In this document: positions 1 through 8,830 of the stretch, in pieces
Position numbering within the stretch: position 1 is the stretch's first letter
Layout of the letters: each line of letters opens with the position of its first letter
Notes under the pieces: model-generated
What the model was told of the DNA's origin: nothing
Databases searched by the model: none
The model's input: the letters and a program-made list of their open reading frames with translations, nothing else
Origin: a virus
Taxonomy: Duplodnaviria; Caudoviricetes
Length of the DNA stretch: 64,000 nt
Virus record (IMG/VR): IMGVR_UViG_3300031998_000003
Location: 184,670 to 248,669 of that record
Strand: one strand, 5' to 3'
Made by a program: the position numbers and the translations under genes

Positions 1-2981
1 CTGTATGCCTTGACAAGCAGTGCAGAGTAGAGCCACTTGAACTCGACATCTGACAAACTCTTGTCATCGAAGAAGCCGGTGCTACCATCTTCCAGCTTAA
101 TACCGCCACCCTTTGAAGTCATCTCATTGGTGCCGTATACAGCGGAGTAGTAGTTTGCCGGAACTTGGATGTACTCTTCCTTGGTGATTCTCCAGAAGGA
201 ACCCTGAGTTGAAGAGATGATATAACGATCAATGCTTTCCGGTGTCGCAGTCTCATCCTGTGCAGGAACGAGGCTGTGCGCCTTGATGCAGAGTGTCAAA
301 GCAGCACCAGATGCAAGCGTAACAGGAACCGGCTTATGGACAACCTTTGCAAGCGGTTCACCGGAAGAACCGGTACCCTTGTCATAGTATGTCTTGCCAG
401 CAGTGAAGGTTTCATCTGCAGTCAGGCTGTACACATGCGTTGAAGCATTGAGTTCATACAGACCGAGCTCATGAGGATTCGTTTCACCAGCCTGCTTGTT
501 GTGAGCGGTGTACTTTGCAGTCGTGTTGGAGTACACATCTGCGCCGTTACCGATCAGAACGAATCTGAACTGTCCACCCGTCTGAGGAATGATGTCATCA
601 CCAGCATCGAGTGTGAGCGTGATACCATCCAGATAGCCGTTGGTACCATCGGAAGTAGCATCCTCATATGTGAAGCTGTCATGAACACCGCCAGGAACAA
701 CTGCTGTGAGGACGTTGCTACCTGCGGTGGTGGTGAACACAGTTTCAGCACCGTTTGAAGAAACGTATGCGAGGCCGATTGTTGCACCATTCGGGTAGTC
801 AGCTTCCGGAACATTGACCTGATACTTGCCGATTTCCTGGTTATTGCTGTTCTTGATGCTGATGTCCTGCTTCTTATGAACATTAGCTCCGGAGCCAGTT
901 GTTGTAACAGGGCCGAAGACAATTGTCTTAGCAGTATTGAGGTTGAATACCTGATTATCAGTATCGAACTTGTAACCAGCGATAGCAGACTCATCAAGAG
1001 TGATGATGTCATACTCAGTTCCCATCAGATCAGACTTTTCACTGTCGAGAATCATGACAGGAGGCTTGCCGATCGCAGTCTTGTTACCAACAACTGCAGT
1101 ACGACCGGTTGTTCCGACATTGTCAGAAGTGATGTCGTAGTTGTTGACACGTACTGCATTATTGAAGTCATTGTCCTTCAGAATGACAGTAGCACCCGGC
1201 TGCAGCCATGCGAAGTCAGTTGCCTCAGTTGCAATCACATTACCGGAACCGGCAGAAGGCGGTGCCCAGTTAAGATATGCATAGAGATCATTCTTCGGAT
1301 ACTTCCAGACATAGAATGTCCAGTAGGTAGCCCAGATGTCATCAGACTGCTTTGCAAGATCCTTGATACCAGTAGTGATGCTTGCCGCAGAGATCGGATT
1401 ATTCGAAACATAGAAGATGTCGAAGTCGCCGGTCTGGATGCCGCCCTCATCAACTTGCATAACAGCGACGGTTTCACCAGGGTTGACCTTGCCGTCTCTG
1501 AGAGCCTTACGAAGCAGCGTACCGAATTCAGTCGGTGCATTTGTCGACGGAACAAAGATCGTTGCGATCGTAGAAGTTGATGTACTCGCATTGGTTGTTG
1601 AGCCATCATCCGGCCACGATTTTGTCTGCGAATCGTAGGTGATCAGGCCAGACAAGCTCGTGAGGGAGTTCATCTTGATCGTTGACACAGCGCCCGTATA
1701 CTGGTTCACAGAAGCAACGACGTAGAAGTACGGGTTCATGTTGCTTGCAAGGCCGGAATACAGATAGACATCACCGAGATGAACAGTATCGCCTTCGTCG
1801 GTAATACCTGCGGTGGATGTCTCAAGCAGTTGCTTGTTGATCGTCTGATATGCCTTGGCCTTAGCCTGCTCAGGAGTCAGAGACTCATCGTCTTCCGTCT
1901 TCAGAACATAAATTCTGTTGGTCTGCGGGAGCTCCTCGATATCAGAAGATCTCATGTCGACCTGGAAGAATGGCAGCTTATAGCCGTCATCAGTACCGTT
2001 GTAGATGTAATTACCGAAGATCACATCAAATGTATTGATGTTGAGCATGATGTTGACCTTGTTAATGTAGTCCGGTGTCATGACTCTGTTGTTCGGAATT
2101 GTCACACCTTCCTCGATCATCTCACTGAGGTGCTGACGGTAGTCGTTGTAGAGCTCTTCGATTGCAGGCTCGTTCACATATGGAACAACAATCGAGGAAC
2201 CTTCAACACGGCGCTTAATCTGTACGTTAACAGATTCGATTGCGTCCGGACGAGAAGCATTCTCAGAGTTGATCAGAGAAGCCGAGAACTGTTCGATTGT
2301 CGCATCGGTCGTTGTATCGATCGTAGAGAACATGTAACGAACGTTCGGCGGGTTCTTGCCCTGATTGGTCTTATCGATGACAGTTGCAAACTTGTTGTAG
2401 ACTGCACCGCGGCCAGCAGAGATATTGACGATGAATGCACGCTTCTTCCATCTTTCACCATTCGGATCGGTGGAAGGCGGATCGGATGAAGCATTCGCAT
2501 ACGACTTGACAATTGCAGCATACAGCCGATCACGGTTCGCATAGTTCGCCAGTGCACGATCCTGTGCAAAGCGATCTGTGTTGTAGCGGACGTGGATCAT
2601 GTTATCAGTGCTATCTTTACGCCATTCAATGGTGATGATAGAATAAGCATAGGTTGCATCATCCGGTGTCACACGCAGAAGCTTTACAGGGCCACCCTGG
2701 CTGATCAATGATACCGGATAAGTCGCTGACTGACCGAACTTCTTGATGTCGCCAGAGCTCAGAGCTCTCAGGCCGTACGCAACGTTCAGAACATCCGAAC
2801 GCTTGACATCGATCACGCGTCTGTCTTCACCCATCGGGAGACCTGTTACGACGATCGCGCCGTACATAGACGGTTCATCAGCAATGACGACCGGGAGATC
2901 ACCAGTATACGAAGAATTGTCCACAATGTGCACGAGCGTATGCGGAAATGGGTACTTCAGACCAAACTTCGTCTCAATCAT
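1..2981 (-). CDS. Tail sheath protein, jumbo-phage type (3' end beyond window)
   Basis: Absent from the ORF track, presumably because it has no stop in the window. RBS AAAGGAG then ATG at 2981: MIETKFGLKYPFPHTLVHIVDNS...GEDRRV...KKFGQ...LLRVTPDDATYA. The same frame at the left edge reads GGIKLEDGSTGFFDD...ALLVKAY. Both match AR9/PBS1-type sheath motifs. Frame spot-checked, not read codon by codon. Confidence 0.85.
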   Translation of the reverse strand, partial: MIETKFGLKYPFPHTLVHIVDNSSYTGDLPVVIADEPSMYGAIVVTGLPMGEDRRVIDVKRSDVLNVAYGLRALSSGDIKKFGQSATYPVSLISQGGPVKLLRVTPDDATYAYSIITIEWRKDSTDNMIHVRYNTDRFAQDRALANYANRDRLYAAIVKSYANASSDPPSTDPNGERWKKRAFIVNISAGRGAVYNKFATVIDKTNQGKNPPNVRYMFSTIDTTTDATIEQFSASLINSENASRPDAIESVNVQIKRRVEGSSIVVPYVNEPAIEELYNDYRQHLSEMIEEGVTIPNNRVMTPDYINKVNIMLNINTFDVIFGNYIYNGTDDGYKLPFFQVDMRSSDIEELPQTNRIYVLKTEDDESLTPEQAKAKAYQTINKQLLETSTAGITDEGDTVHLGDVYLYSGLASNMNPYFYVVASVNQYTGAVSTIKMNSLTSLSGLITYDSQTKSWPDDGSTTNASTSTSTIATIFVPSTNAPTEFGTLLRKALRDGKVNPGETVAVMQVDEGGIQTGDFDIFYVSNNPISAASITTGIKDLAKQSDDIWATYWTFYVWKYPKNDLYAYLNWAPPSAGSGNVIATEATDFAWLQPGATVILKDNDFNNAVRVNNYDITSDNVGTTGRTAVVGNKTAIGKPPVMILDSEKSDLMGTEYDIITLDESAIAGYKFDTDNQVFNLNTAKTIVFGPVTTTGSGANVHKKQDISIKNSNNQEIGKYQVNVPEADYPNGATIGLAYVSSNGAETVFTTTAGSNVLTAVVPGGVHDSFTYEDATSDGTNGYLDGITLTLDAGDDIIPQTGGQFRFVLIGNGADVYSNTTAKYTAHNKQAGETNPHELGLYELNASTHVYSLTADETFTAGKTYYDKGTGSSGEPLAKVVHKPVPVTLASGAALTLCIKAHSLVPAQDETATPESIDRYIISSTQGSFWRITKEEYIQVPANYYSAVYGTNEMTSKGGGIKLEDGSTGFFDDKSLSDVEFKWLYSALLVKAY

Positions 2982-3077
2982 TGGATATACTCTCCTTTTC
3001 TATAGATTTTTGGTTTGGTTCCTTATGAGATAAAACGGGCATGATGAATCGCAAATCATGTGGTTAAACCTCACAAT

Positions 3078-3089
3078 TATCTTTTTGTG
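3078..3089 (-). promoter_or_regulatory. Late-type promoter CACA-N6-TA upstream of sheath
   Basis: Minus strand CACA AAAAGA TA; resembles the AR9 late consensus AACA-N6-TA/G. Confidence 0.55.
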
Positions 3090-3120
3090 TGAAGCTCGAT
3101 TAAACCGGCGAAATTGGGTA

Positions 3121-3142
3121 TGTGGGGGCCGAAGCCCCCACA
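3121..3142 (-). terminator. GC-rich hairpin, terminator-like
   Basis: TGTGGGGGC-TTCG-GCCCCCACA (minus) immediately after the stop at 3146; weak U tract. Confidence 0.6.
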
Positions 3143-3145
3143 CAA

Positions 3146-4135
3146 TCACACTGAATCATTTACCGAATCGGTATCTGTATTAATCTCAGATTTGTAGATG
3201 ACCGGATACTTGTTTTCAAGCTCATCTAGAGCAACTTTCGACTCAAGATCAACTTCTTTGATTGCGGCGTTTGGTGGTGGATAATCCGGCATTATCTCAT
3301 TATTTCCATTGAGCGTAACGTATTCTCTGTCGTTGGGATCATCACCAATCATGACATGAATTTTCGGATTGTCCTTTTCAAATTTGACGGTTTCAGGGAC
3401 TTCGTCAACTGATACGACATTTTCCAGCATATTGGAAGCATCAGCAATACTCGTTTCTGGGTATTGAGAGAGCGGCGGTGACGGGACACTCGAGGGATTT
3501 GGCATGTTAAAGATATTATCCACGATTGACTTTCCAACATCGAATGCGGATGCACTTCTTCCAGGTGTTGCCGTTGCAGGACCACCACCAGCAACAGTTT
3601 GTTGTTGTTTGATGCGAAGCTCGGTGATGTTCTTCTTGATAGCCGCCTGCTCCTTTATAATAGAAAGCATTGCACTTCTAGCACTGGTTGCAGCTTGCAT
3701 GGCAGCAATCGCATCTTCGTTCAGTCCGTAAGCACCTTTGTCAGTGTACATCTCCATGGCTTTTCTTTCAAAGACTTTGATCAATTTGGCCTGATCAGCA
3801 GCAAGTGTTTTCAGAGAAGCGATGTCAGACGAGAATATACGGTTCGGATCGATCTTTTCAGGACCGAACATTTCCTGGTTGTAGGTGACATCCAGTGTCG
3901 TTGTCGGTGTGTTCCACAGACCACCGACAAACGGGTTGATGAATCCGTCCATCGGAATATACTGTGGTATTGCGGAAAACTCATGGAATCTTTCCATGAA
4001 TGTATTCGGGCTGTATGGTTCATCAGTCCAATTACTCGTCTGCTGAGGTTCAACACCGTATGCTGAGGAATCCAGACTTTCGAATGGGCAACTGTTATTC
4101 ATTATTCCAATTGCATCAAACATTGAAGAACTCAT
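3146..4135 (-). CDS. Hypothetical protein with central coiled coil (late gene)
   Basis: ORF 3146..4177; better start at ATG 4135 after AAAGGAG; late-type promoter upstream. Confidence 0.8.
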   Translation of the reverse strand: MSSSMFDAIGIMNNSCPFESLDSSAYGVEPQQTSNWTDEPYSPNTFMERFHEFSAIPQYIPMDGFINPFVGGLWNTPTTTLDVTYNQEMFGPEKIDPNRIFSSDIASLKTLAADQAKLIKVFERKAMEMYTDKGAYGLNEDAIAAMQAATSARSAMLSIIKEQAAIKKNITELRIKQQQTVAGGGPATATPGRSASAFDVGKSIVDNIFNMPNPSSVPSPPLSQYPETSIADASNMLENVVSVDEVPETVKFEKDNPKIHVMIGDDPNDREYVTLNGNNEIMPDYPPPNAAIKEVDLESKVALDELENKYPVIYKSEINTDTDSVNDSV

Positions 4136-4180
4136 TTCAGCATCTCCTTTCAAAAAAAATAATTTGAATGTTTCCATCCA

Positions 4181-4192
4181 TACTTAAATGTC
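4181..4192 (-). promoter_or_regulatory. Late-type promoter GACA-N6-TA
   Basis: Minus strand GACA TTTAAG TA in the intergenic gap. Confidence 0.55.
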
Positions 4193-4217
4193 ATTTGCTT
4201 CTGATCTTATTATGGTA

Positions 4218-5723
4218 TCATTCCATTTTTGTCAGACCGTATAGACCATTCAAACATTCAATTTCAATCGGAAATGCTGCATCCATATTTGGTTTTACGC
4301 AATATGCTTTTGAATACATCAGCTTCTCAGCTTGTGCATTTGCTTCTTCGGACCAGATACCTGTGCTCTTGACAGTATCACCGTCATAGTCACCACCAAT
4401 GTTCTGTAGACGAGAATTTGCCATATTGATGACATCAACAAATGACGTGGAAACTTTCATATGTGATGCTTCGGGATTGATGTCAGGATATGTCCGATAC
4501 ACTTCACCCTGAAACTGCACTGGAATTGTGGTGTTTGTTGATAACACATGAATCTTAGAGAAAAATGCACCAAGATGGTGACCGATCGGATAACGAACTG
4601 TGTACATATGTCTGTCAGCAGCGACTGTAGAACGATATCCACATAGATAGATCACATCCGTCAACGTTAGTGGACGTGAGATTGTCTCATTCGTTTTCAT
4701 GTTTAATGCACTGAAAATAATCGGTTTCTTATTTTCCGGATCCAGATATAGGATGCGGAATCTGGATCCAGGGTTTCTCATGAAGATCTGAATCAGATCC
4801 GAGATCATCTTGTCATCGTAGATATTTTCGATATCAGTGCGGTTTACTTCATCCGGATTTGGATGAATGGATACGATGTTATCATATGACAAAAATTGCT
4901 TCATGTGGAATTTCACAAATGGTTGGAATGCAGAGACGATTGTCATCAGCGGATAACCTGTACGAAAAATACCAACCTCTGGAGTATTGGATCTGTATGA
5001 TGGAGCTGATATAACATTTCTGACAGTTCCAACAGTATTCTTTGCCAACAGATTCTTCTGGAAGTAACCATTCTTTGTGCCAACAAATTTGTTGATGTAA
5101 GAGTATAGTTCGATCAACGTATCTTGAATTTGGTTGTTGACACGATGAACTGATGCCGTTGTGTGTGATGTAACACTCTTGAATCCAAGCAGTTTCATGT
5201 ACAAAGAATTCAGCTCGGACTTTACCTGCTTACCATTCTTCATACCACTTGGACGAAATGCCGGTGGTAGCACAAGAACTTTGTCAACAAACAACAACCG
5301 TCTTGGACACTTGATCAAAATATCGAGGGACGCATCATTACGTGTATTTAGATTTTTCTTAATGTCGATTTCTTCCCAGATATTGTATAGATCACGGAAC
5401 CCGCTGTATTTGCCGTCTTCAGCTTCAATCAGTTTTCCATCAATCAGATTGCATCTGATTTCACCATATGCCAACTTACGGATGATACCACCTGACCTGG
5501 TGATGATGTTTTTGGCAACATCAGGATTGAACACATGAATCGGAAGTTTGATATAACCGCAGCGATACTTCTGCTCTTCTTCAGTCTGACCAAAGATTTC
5601 TTCGGAAAAAAGACCATTCGGGTTATATTGATTCGGCGTTGAAAACATGACGGCCGATGTGACTTCCTTCAGATTGTTAACCCTGATATCTTGATCGATA
5701 TCATATAGACCAACAATACGCAT
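4218..5723 (-). CDS. DNA-directed RNA polymerase beta-prime N-terminal half with catalytic site (probably virion RNAP)
   Basis: Motifs GLFSEEIFG, GYIKL, VLVLPPAFRP, KNGYFQKNLLAK..VRNVISAP, RYP and catalytic GGDYDGD; RBS AAGGAGG; preceded by a late-type promoter. Confidence 0.92.
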   Translation of the reverse strand: MRIVGLYDIDQDIRVNNLKEVTSAVMFSTPNQYNPNGLFSEEIFGQTEEEQKYRCGYIKLPIHVFNPDVAKNIITRSGGIIRKLAYGEIRCNLIDGKLIEAEDGKYSGFRDLYNIWEEIDIKKNLNTRNDASLDILIKCPRRLLFVDKVLVLPPAFRPSGMKNGKQVKSELNSLYMKLLGFKSVTSHTTASVHRVNNQIQDTLIELYSYINKFVGTKNGYFQKNLLAKNTVGTVRNVISAPSYRSNTPEVGIFRTGYPLMTIVSAFQPFVKFHMKQFLSYDNIVSIHPNPDEVNRTDIENIYDDKMISDLIQIFMRNPGSRFRILYLDPENKKPIIFSALNMKTNETISRPLTLTDVIYLCGYRSTVAADRHMYTVRYPIGHHLGAFFSKIHVLSTNTTIPVQFQGEVYRTYPDINPEASHMKVSTSFVDVINMANSRLQNIGGDYDGDTVKSTGIWSEEANAQAEKLMYSKAYCVKPNMDAAFPIEIECLNGLYGLTKME

Positions 5724-5751
5724 ATTTCATACCTCCTTAAGTGTATAAAGT

Positions 5752-5763
5752 TACAGAACCGTT
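5752..5763 (-). promoter_or_regulatory. Late-type promoter AACG-N6-TA
   Basis: Minus strand AACG GTTCTG TA just upstream of the RNAP RBS. Confidence 0.6.
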
Positions 5764-5767
5764 TGAT

Positions 5768-5794
5768 CGATGGTGGGGATTTACCCCACCATCG
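5768..5794 (-). terminator. Hairpin, terminator-like
   Basis: CGATGGTGGGG-ATTTA-CCCCACCATCG, 11 bp stem right after the stop at 5797. Confidence 0.6.
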
Positions 5795-5796
5795 TA

Positions 5797-6042
5797 TCAC
5801 TTATGGCGCTCGCGCCACCGATCAATGTATTCAGAAATATCCATATCATTTCTCAGGGAGTACCAGCTAATCAAAAGCATACCAATAAGGCCCGGCCAAA
5901 TGCCGAATGAATCAATGATATGGTTATTTGTAAATAGAACAATGAACAGATCTGCGATGATGTAAGCTATCGATATAATTGCGCCGAACCAGCTTACAAC
6001 GAATCCTACATTCTTCCAGTCGATATGTCGTTTTGTCTTCAT
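5797..6042 (-). CDS. Small membrane protein (two predicted TM segments)
   Basis: AAGGAG-8nt-ATG at 6042; hydrophobic stretches VGFVVSWFGAIISIAYIIADLFIVLF and FGIWPGLIGMLLISWY. Confidence 0.7.
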   Translation of the reverse strand: MKTKRHIDWKNVGFVVSWFGAIISIAYIIADLFIVLFTNNHIIDSFGIWPGLIGMLLISWYSLRNDMDISEYIDRWRERHK

Positions 6043-6183
6043 GTAAAACACTCCTTGCTCTGTAAATCATAAACTTGTATTTCAATCGATTTACATATTC
6101 ACCCATTGAGTACCACCTTCTTTCAATGCACGGGTTCATTGAAAAATTGGAATATTCAGGCCCAACCCCTTCATATTCAAAAT

Positions 6184-6192
6184 AATGATATA
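6184..6192 (-). promoter_or_regulatory. Early-type promoter variant TATATCATT
   Basis: One mismatch to TATATTATT; lies just downstream of a terminator and upstream of the small ORFs. Confidence 0.5.
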
Positions 6193-6205
6193 CATTCATA
6201 AATAT

Positions 6206-6237
6206 AAAAAAAAATATGTGCGGGCCGAAGCCCGCAC
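6206..6237 (-). terminator. Intrinsic terminator
   Basis: GTGCGGGC-TTCG-GCCCGCAC followed by a T9 run on the minus strand. Confidence 0.8.
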
Positions 6238-6357
6238 GCAAAAGAATTCTTGGAGGCGTCACATTTCTGTGACAACCCATGGACAACGGAAAACGTAGAA
6301 AACATACGTTGGGAATTCTTCACACGGCAAGTGAAGAAAGGTTCATTTCATGAACTT
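6206..6357 (-). ncRNA. Putative late multi-hairpin small RNA (~150 nt)
   Basis: Bounded by a late-type promoter (6357-6368) and the terminator; four successive hairpins before the terminator; no RBS-led ORF. Confidence 0.55.
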
Positions 6358-6368
6358 ACAAATTTGTC
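6357..6368 (-). promoter_or_regulatory. Late-type promoter GACA-N6-TA
   Basis: Minus strand GACA AATTTG TA. Confidence 0.5.
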
Positions 6369-6379
6369 GTCATCGTATG

Positions 6380-6388
6380 TATATTATT
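6380..6388 (+). promoter_or_regulatory. Early-type promoter TATATTATT (gyrB operon)
   Basis: Exact motif recurring at 6380, 11946, 13189, 26692 and 47657; resembles AR9/phiKZ early TATATTA motifs. Confidence 0.7.
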
Positions 6389-6464
6389 AAATCGGATAGG
6401 GAAGGTGTATAACTTCTAACCGCCTGAACTAACTTTTACAAACCATCTATAGGAGGATACAGCA

Positions 6465-8810
6465 ATGCCGAAAATCAAAAACGGTCCAATGAAAGATGAT
6501 AAGATTACCATTGTTGATTCCGATGTCGAAAAGATGCGACATCGTCCAACAATGTATATCGCAGCTCTCGGTGAGATGGGTGTACTGCACCTATGTAAAG
6601 AGATCATCGATAATAACCGAGATGAATGTTTGAAGCCGGAATCTCCTGGAGATACTATTAATATTGAGATCACAGATAAGCAGCTTCGTACACGGGATAA
6701 TGGTCGCGGTATTCCGACGAAGCTGCTCCGGGTAGTTCATGAGACAAACCAGGCTGGTTCCAATATGACAAGAGCTCACGGTACAACTGCCGGTGAGAAT
6801 GGAACTGGTACAACTGCAGCACTCGCGATGAGTGACTATTATGAGGTCACAACACTTCGTCCTCAGGAAAAGAAGAAGCTGACACTGGAATATGTTGACT
6901 CGAAGTTGACTGTAGAAGCGCTGGAGGATTATAAGGAGAAAGATCATGGTCTGATCACGACTTATCGTCCGTCCAAGAAGATTCTCGGTTATGACAAGAT
7001 TCCTGTGGATATGCTTGTGAAGTGGATAGAGGACTTCAAGTTTACATTACCAGCAGACATCAAACTGTTCTACTCCGTTCGTGGTGAACAATTCCAGATC
7101 AATCATCGGGCGTTGAATACATACTTTGATGATTTCATCCCTGAAGATCAGCGTATGACATCGGCTCTATCATTTACGACGTCTGGAGAATTGAAGGAAG
7201 TCTTTGATGATGAAGAGTTCCAGCGTTCATTCTCATTGGAAGCTGCTATCGTATATTCATCGCCGGATTACCATGGAGAAGACATTCGTAAGAGTTGGAT
7301 GAATATGATCCACACTTCTCAGAATGGATCACATGTCAATGGTGTTGTGAATGGTCTGATCAAATATCTGTCTGAACGTGTGATCAAACGCAACAAGAAG
7401 CTGGAAGAAGATGAATCTCTGAAGAGAGACATTTTGTCACATCTGCATGTGGTTGTCAATGCGAAGTGTGACTTTGCTCACATGTTTGCCTCACAGGCGA
7501 AGAGCACTGTCTTCCCGAGATCATTGACGATTGCCATTGCGGATGCAACATATAAGACGTTGTGTGAAATGAACCAGAATCGTCTTGCAGAATATGTTGA
7601 GATCGTTCTGCAGAACAACCGTGTTCGCCGTGAAGGTGAGCGTGTTCGCAATGTGACATCTGAGACAAAGAAGAAGCAATGGAGTAAGAGCGATGCCTAT
7701 CTCCCGTGTTCTTCGGTAAAGACAGCACAACCGAAAGAGATCTTCTTCGTTGAGGGTGACTCGGCATCCGGAAGTATCAATGCAGCACGTGATGCAAAGT
7801 ATCAGGCCATTCTCAAGTTCAGAGGTAAGAGTCTGAATGTATGGGATCTGACACTTGATGAGGCTTTGAAGAGTGCTGTATGGTTTGAAGTTGTCAAAGT
7901 TCTCGGGTGCGGTGTTGGTGCATCGTTCGACATTAAAAAGCTGAACTTTGATAAGATCATTATTGCAACGGATGCTGACGTTGATGGATATCATATCCGT
8001 GTTGGTATCTGTGCATTCTTCCTCAAGTTCATGCCGCAGTTGTTTGAACAAGGAAAGATCTACATTGCAGAACCACCACTCTATCAGCTGGCATCTGGTA
8101 AGCAAATCTCTTATGTCACATCACAGACGGAGTATATCGATGTTTGTGTCAAGAGTGTTGGTAACATTGTTCTGAATTTCCCGAACATGCAATTCTCATG
8201 CAAAGCAAGAAAGTTCATCACATCTGCATTTGAATATCTGACACGTTTGAGTGATGTTTCAGCAAAGTTATCTGCGAACAGATATCTGCTGGAGTACGTA
8301 GCACATGGCTTCGTCGTTTGGGGTACCGTTGAGAGATTCATCGAAAACATTGATCAGTGGGTTCGGGATACTTGTAAAGTATTTCCAGAGCTGGGATTTG
8401 ATCACAAGGCGCAACAAATCTATGCTACAGTGGATCTTGTGGACCAGGTTATTGTCCTGGACAATAATCTCATGAATGCACTTTCATATGTCATCAATGT
8501 CCAGCAAGAATACGGTATGTTCGTTGAGTTTGATGGAACACGTCTTCCGTTGGCAAAGTTCTTTGAGGTGATCGAACGTAAGTATCCTGTTATCAAAGAC
8601 AGATACAAGGGCCTTGGTTCCTCGGATGCGGATGTCCTGGAGGAGATTGTTATGAATCCAAAGACACGTCACATCTTCCAGCTGGATGCTTCTGATGCAA
8701 AGACCATGCAGGTATATGATATGCTTGTTGGTAAGTCAAAAGATGCAATGAGAGCACGTAAACAAATGATGCTTGACTTTGAATGGCAGCCGTCTGATAT
8801 TGATACATAA
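6465..8810 (+). CDS. gyrB: Type IIA topoisomerase B subunit (GyrB/ParE-like)
   Basis: MRHRPTMYI, EIIDNNRDE, DNGRGIP (GHKL); GSHVNG, FASQAK; FFVEGDSASGS, RGKSLNV, IIIATDADVDGYHI (TOPRIM); PPLY, RYKGLG. Confidence 0.93.
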   Translation: MPKIKNGPMKDDKITIVDSDVEKMRHRPTMYIAALGEMGVLHLCKEIIDNNRDECLKPESPGDTINIEITDKQLRTRDNGRGIPTKLLRVVHETNQAGSNMTRAHGTTAGENGTGTTAALAMSDYYEVTTLRPQEKKKLTLEYVDSKLTVEALEDYKEKDHGLITTYRPSKKILGYDKIPVDMLVKWIEDFKFTLPADIKLFYSVRGEQFQINHRALNTYFDDFIPEDQRMTSALSFTTSGELKEVFDDEEFQRSFSLEAAIVYSSPDYHGEDIRKSWMNMIHTSQNGSHVNGVVNGLIKYLSERVIKRNKKLEEDESLKRDILSHLHVVVNAKCDFAHMFASQAKSTVFPRSLTIAIADATYKTLCEMNQNRLAEYVEIVLQNNRVRREGERVRNVTSETKKKQWSKSDAYLPCSSVKTAQPKEIFFVEGDSASGSINAARDAKYQAILKFRGKSLNVWDLTLDEALKSAVWFEVVKVLGCGVGASFDIKKLNFDKIIIATDADVDGYHIRVGICAFFLKFMPQLFEQGKIYIAEPPLYQLASGKQISYVTSQTEYIDVCVKSVGNIVLNFPNMQFSCKARKFITSAFEYLTRLSDVSAKLSANRYLLEYVAHGFVVWGTVERFIENIDQWVRDTCKVFPELGFDHKAQQIYATVDLVDQVIVLDNNLMNALSYVINVQQEYGMFVEFDGTRLPLAKFFEVIERKYPVIKDRYKGLGSSDADVLEEIVMNPKTRHIFQLDASDAKTMQVYDMLVGKSKDAMRARKQMMLDFEWQPSDIDT

Positions 8811-8830
8811 AAAGAAATGGAGGAACTCAT

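Noticed and set aside
471-2569. Plus-strand ORFs 471-758, 876-1580 and 1779-2489, and off-frame minus ORFs
   Set aside because: Shadows of the codon-biased sheath gene; no RBS and implausible composition
6206-6357. Hammerhead or other small ribozyme
   Set aside because: No CUGAUGA core or clear HDV/twister pseudoknot recognised by eye
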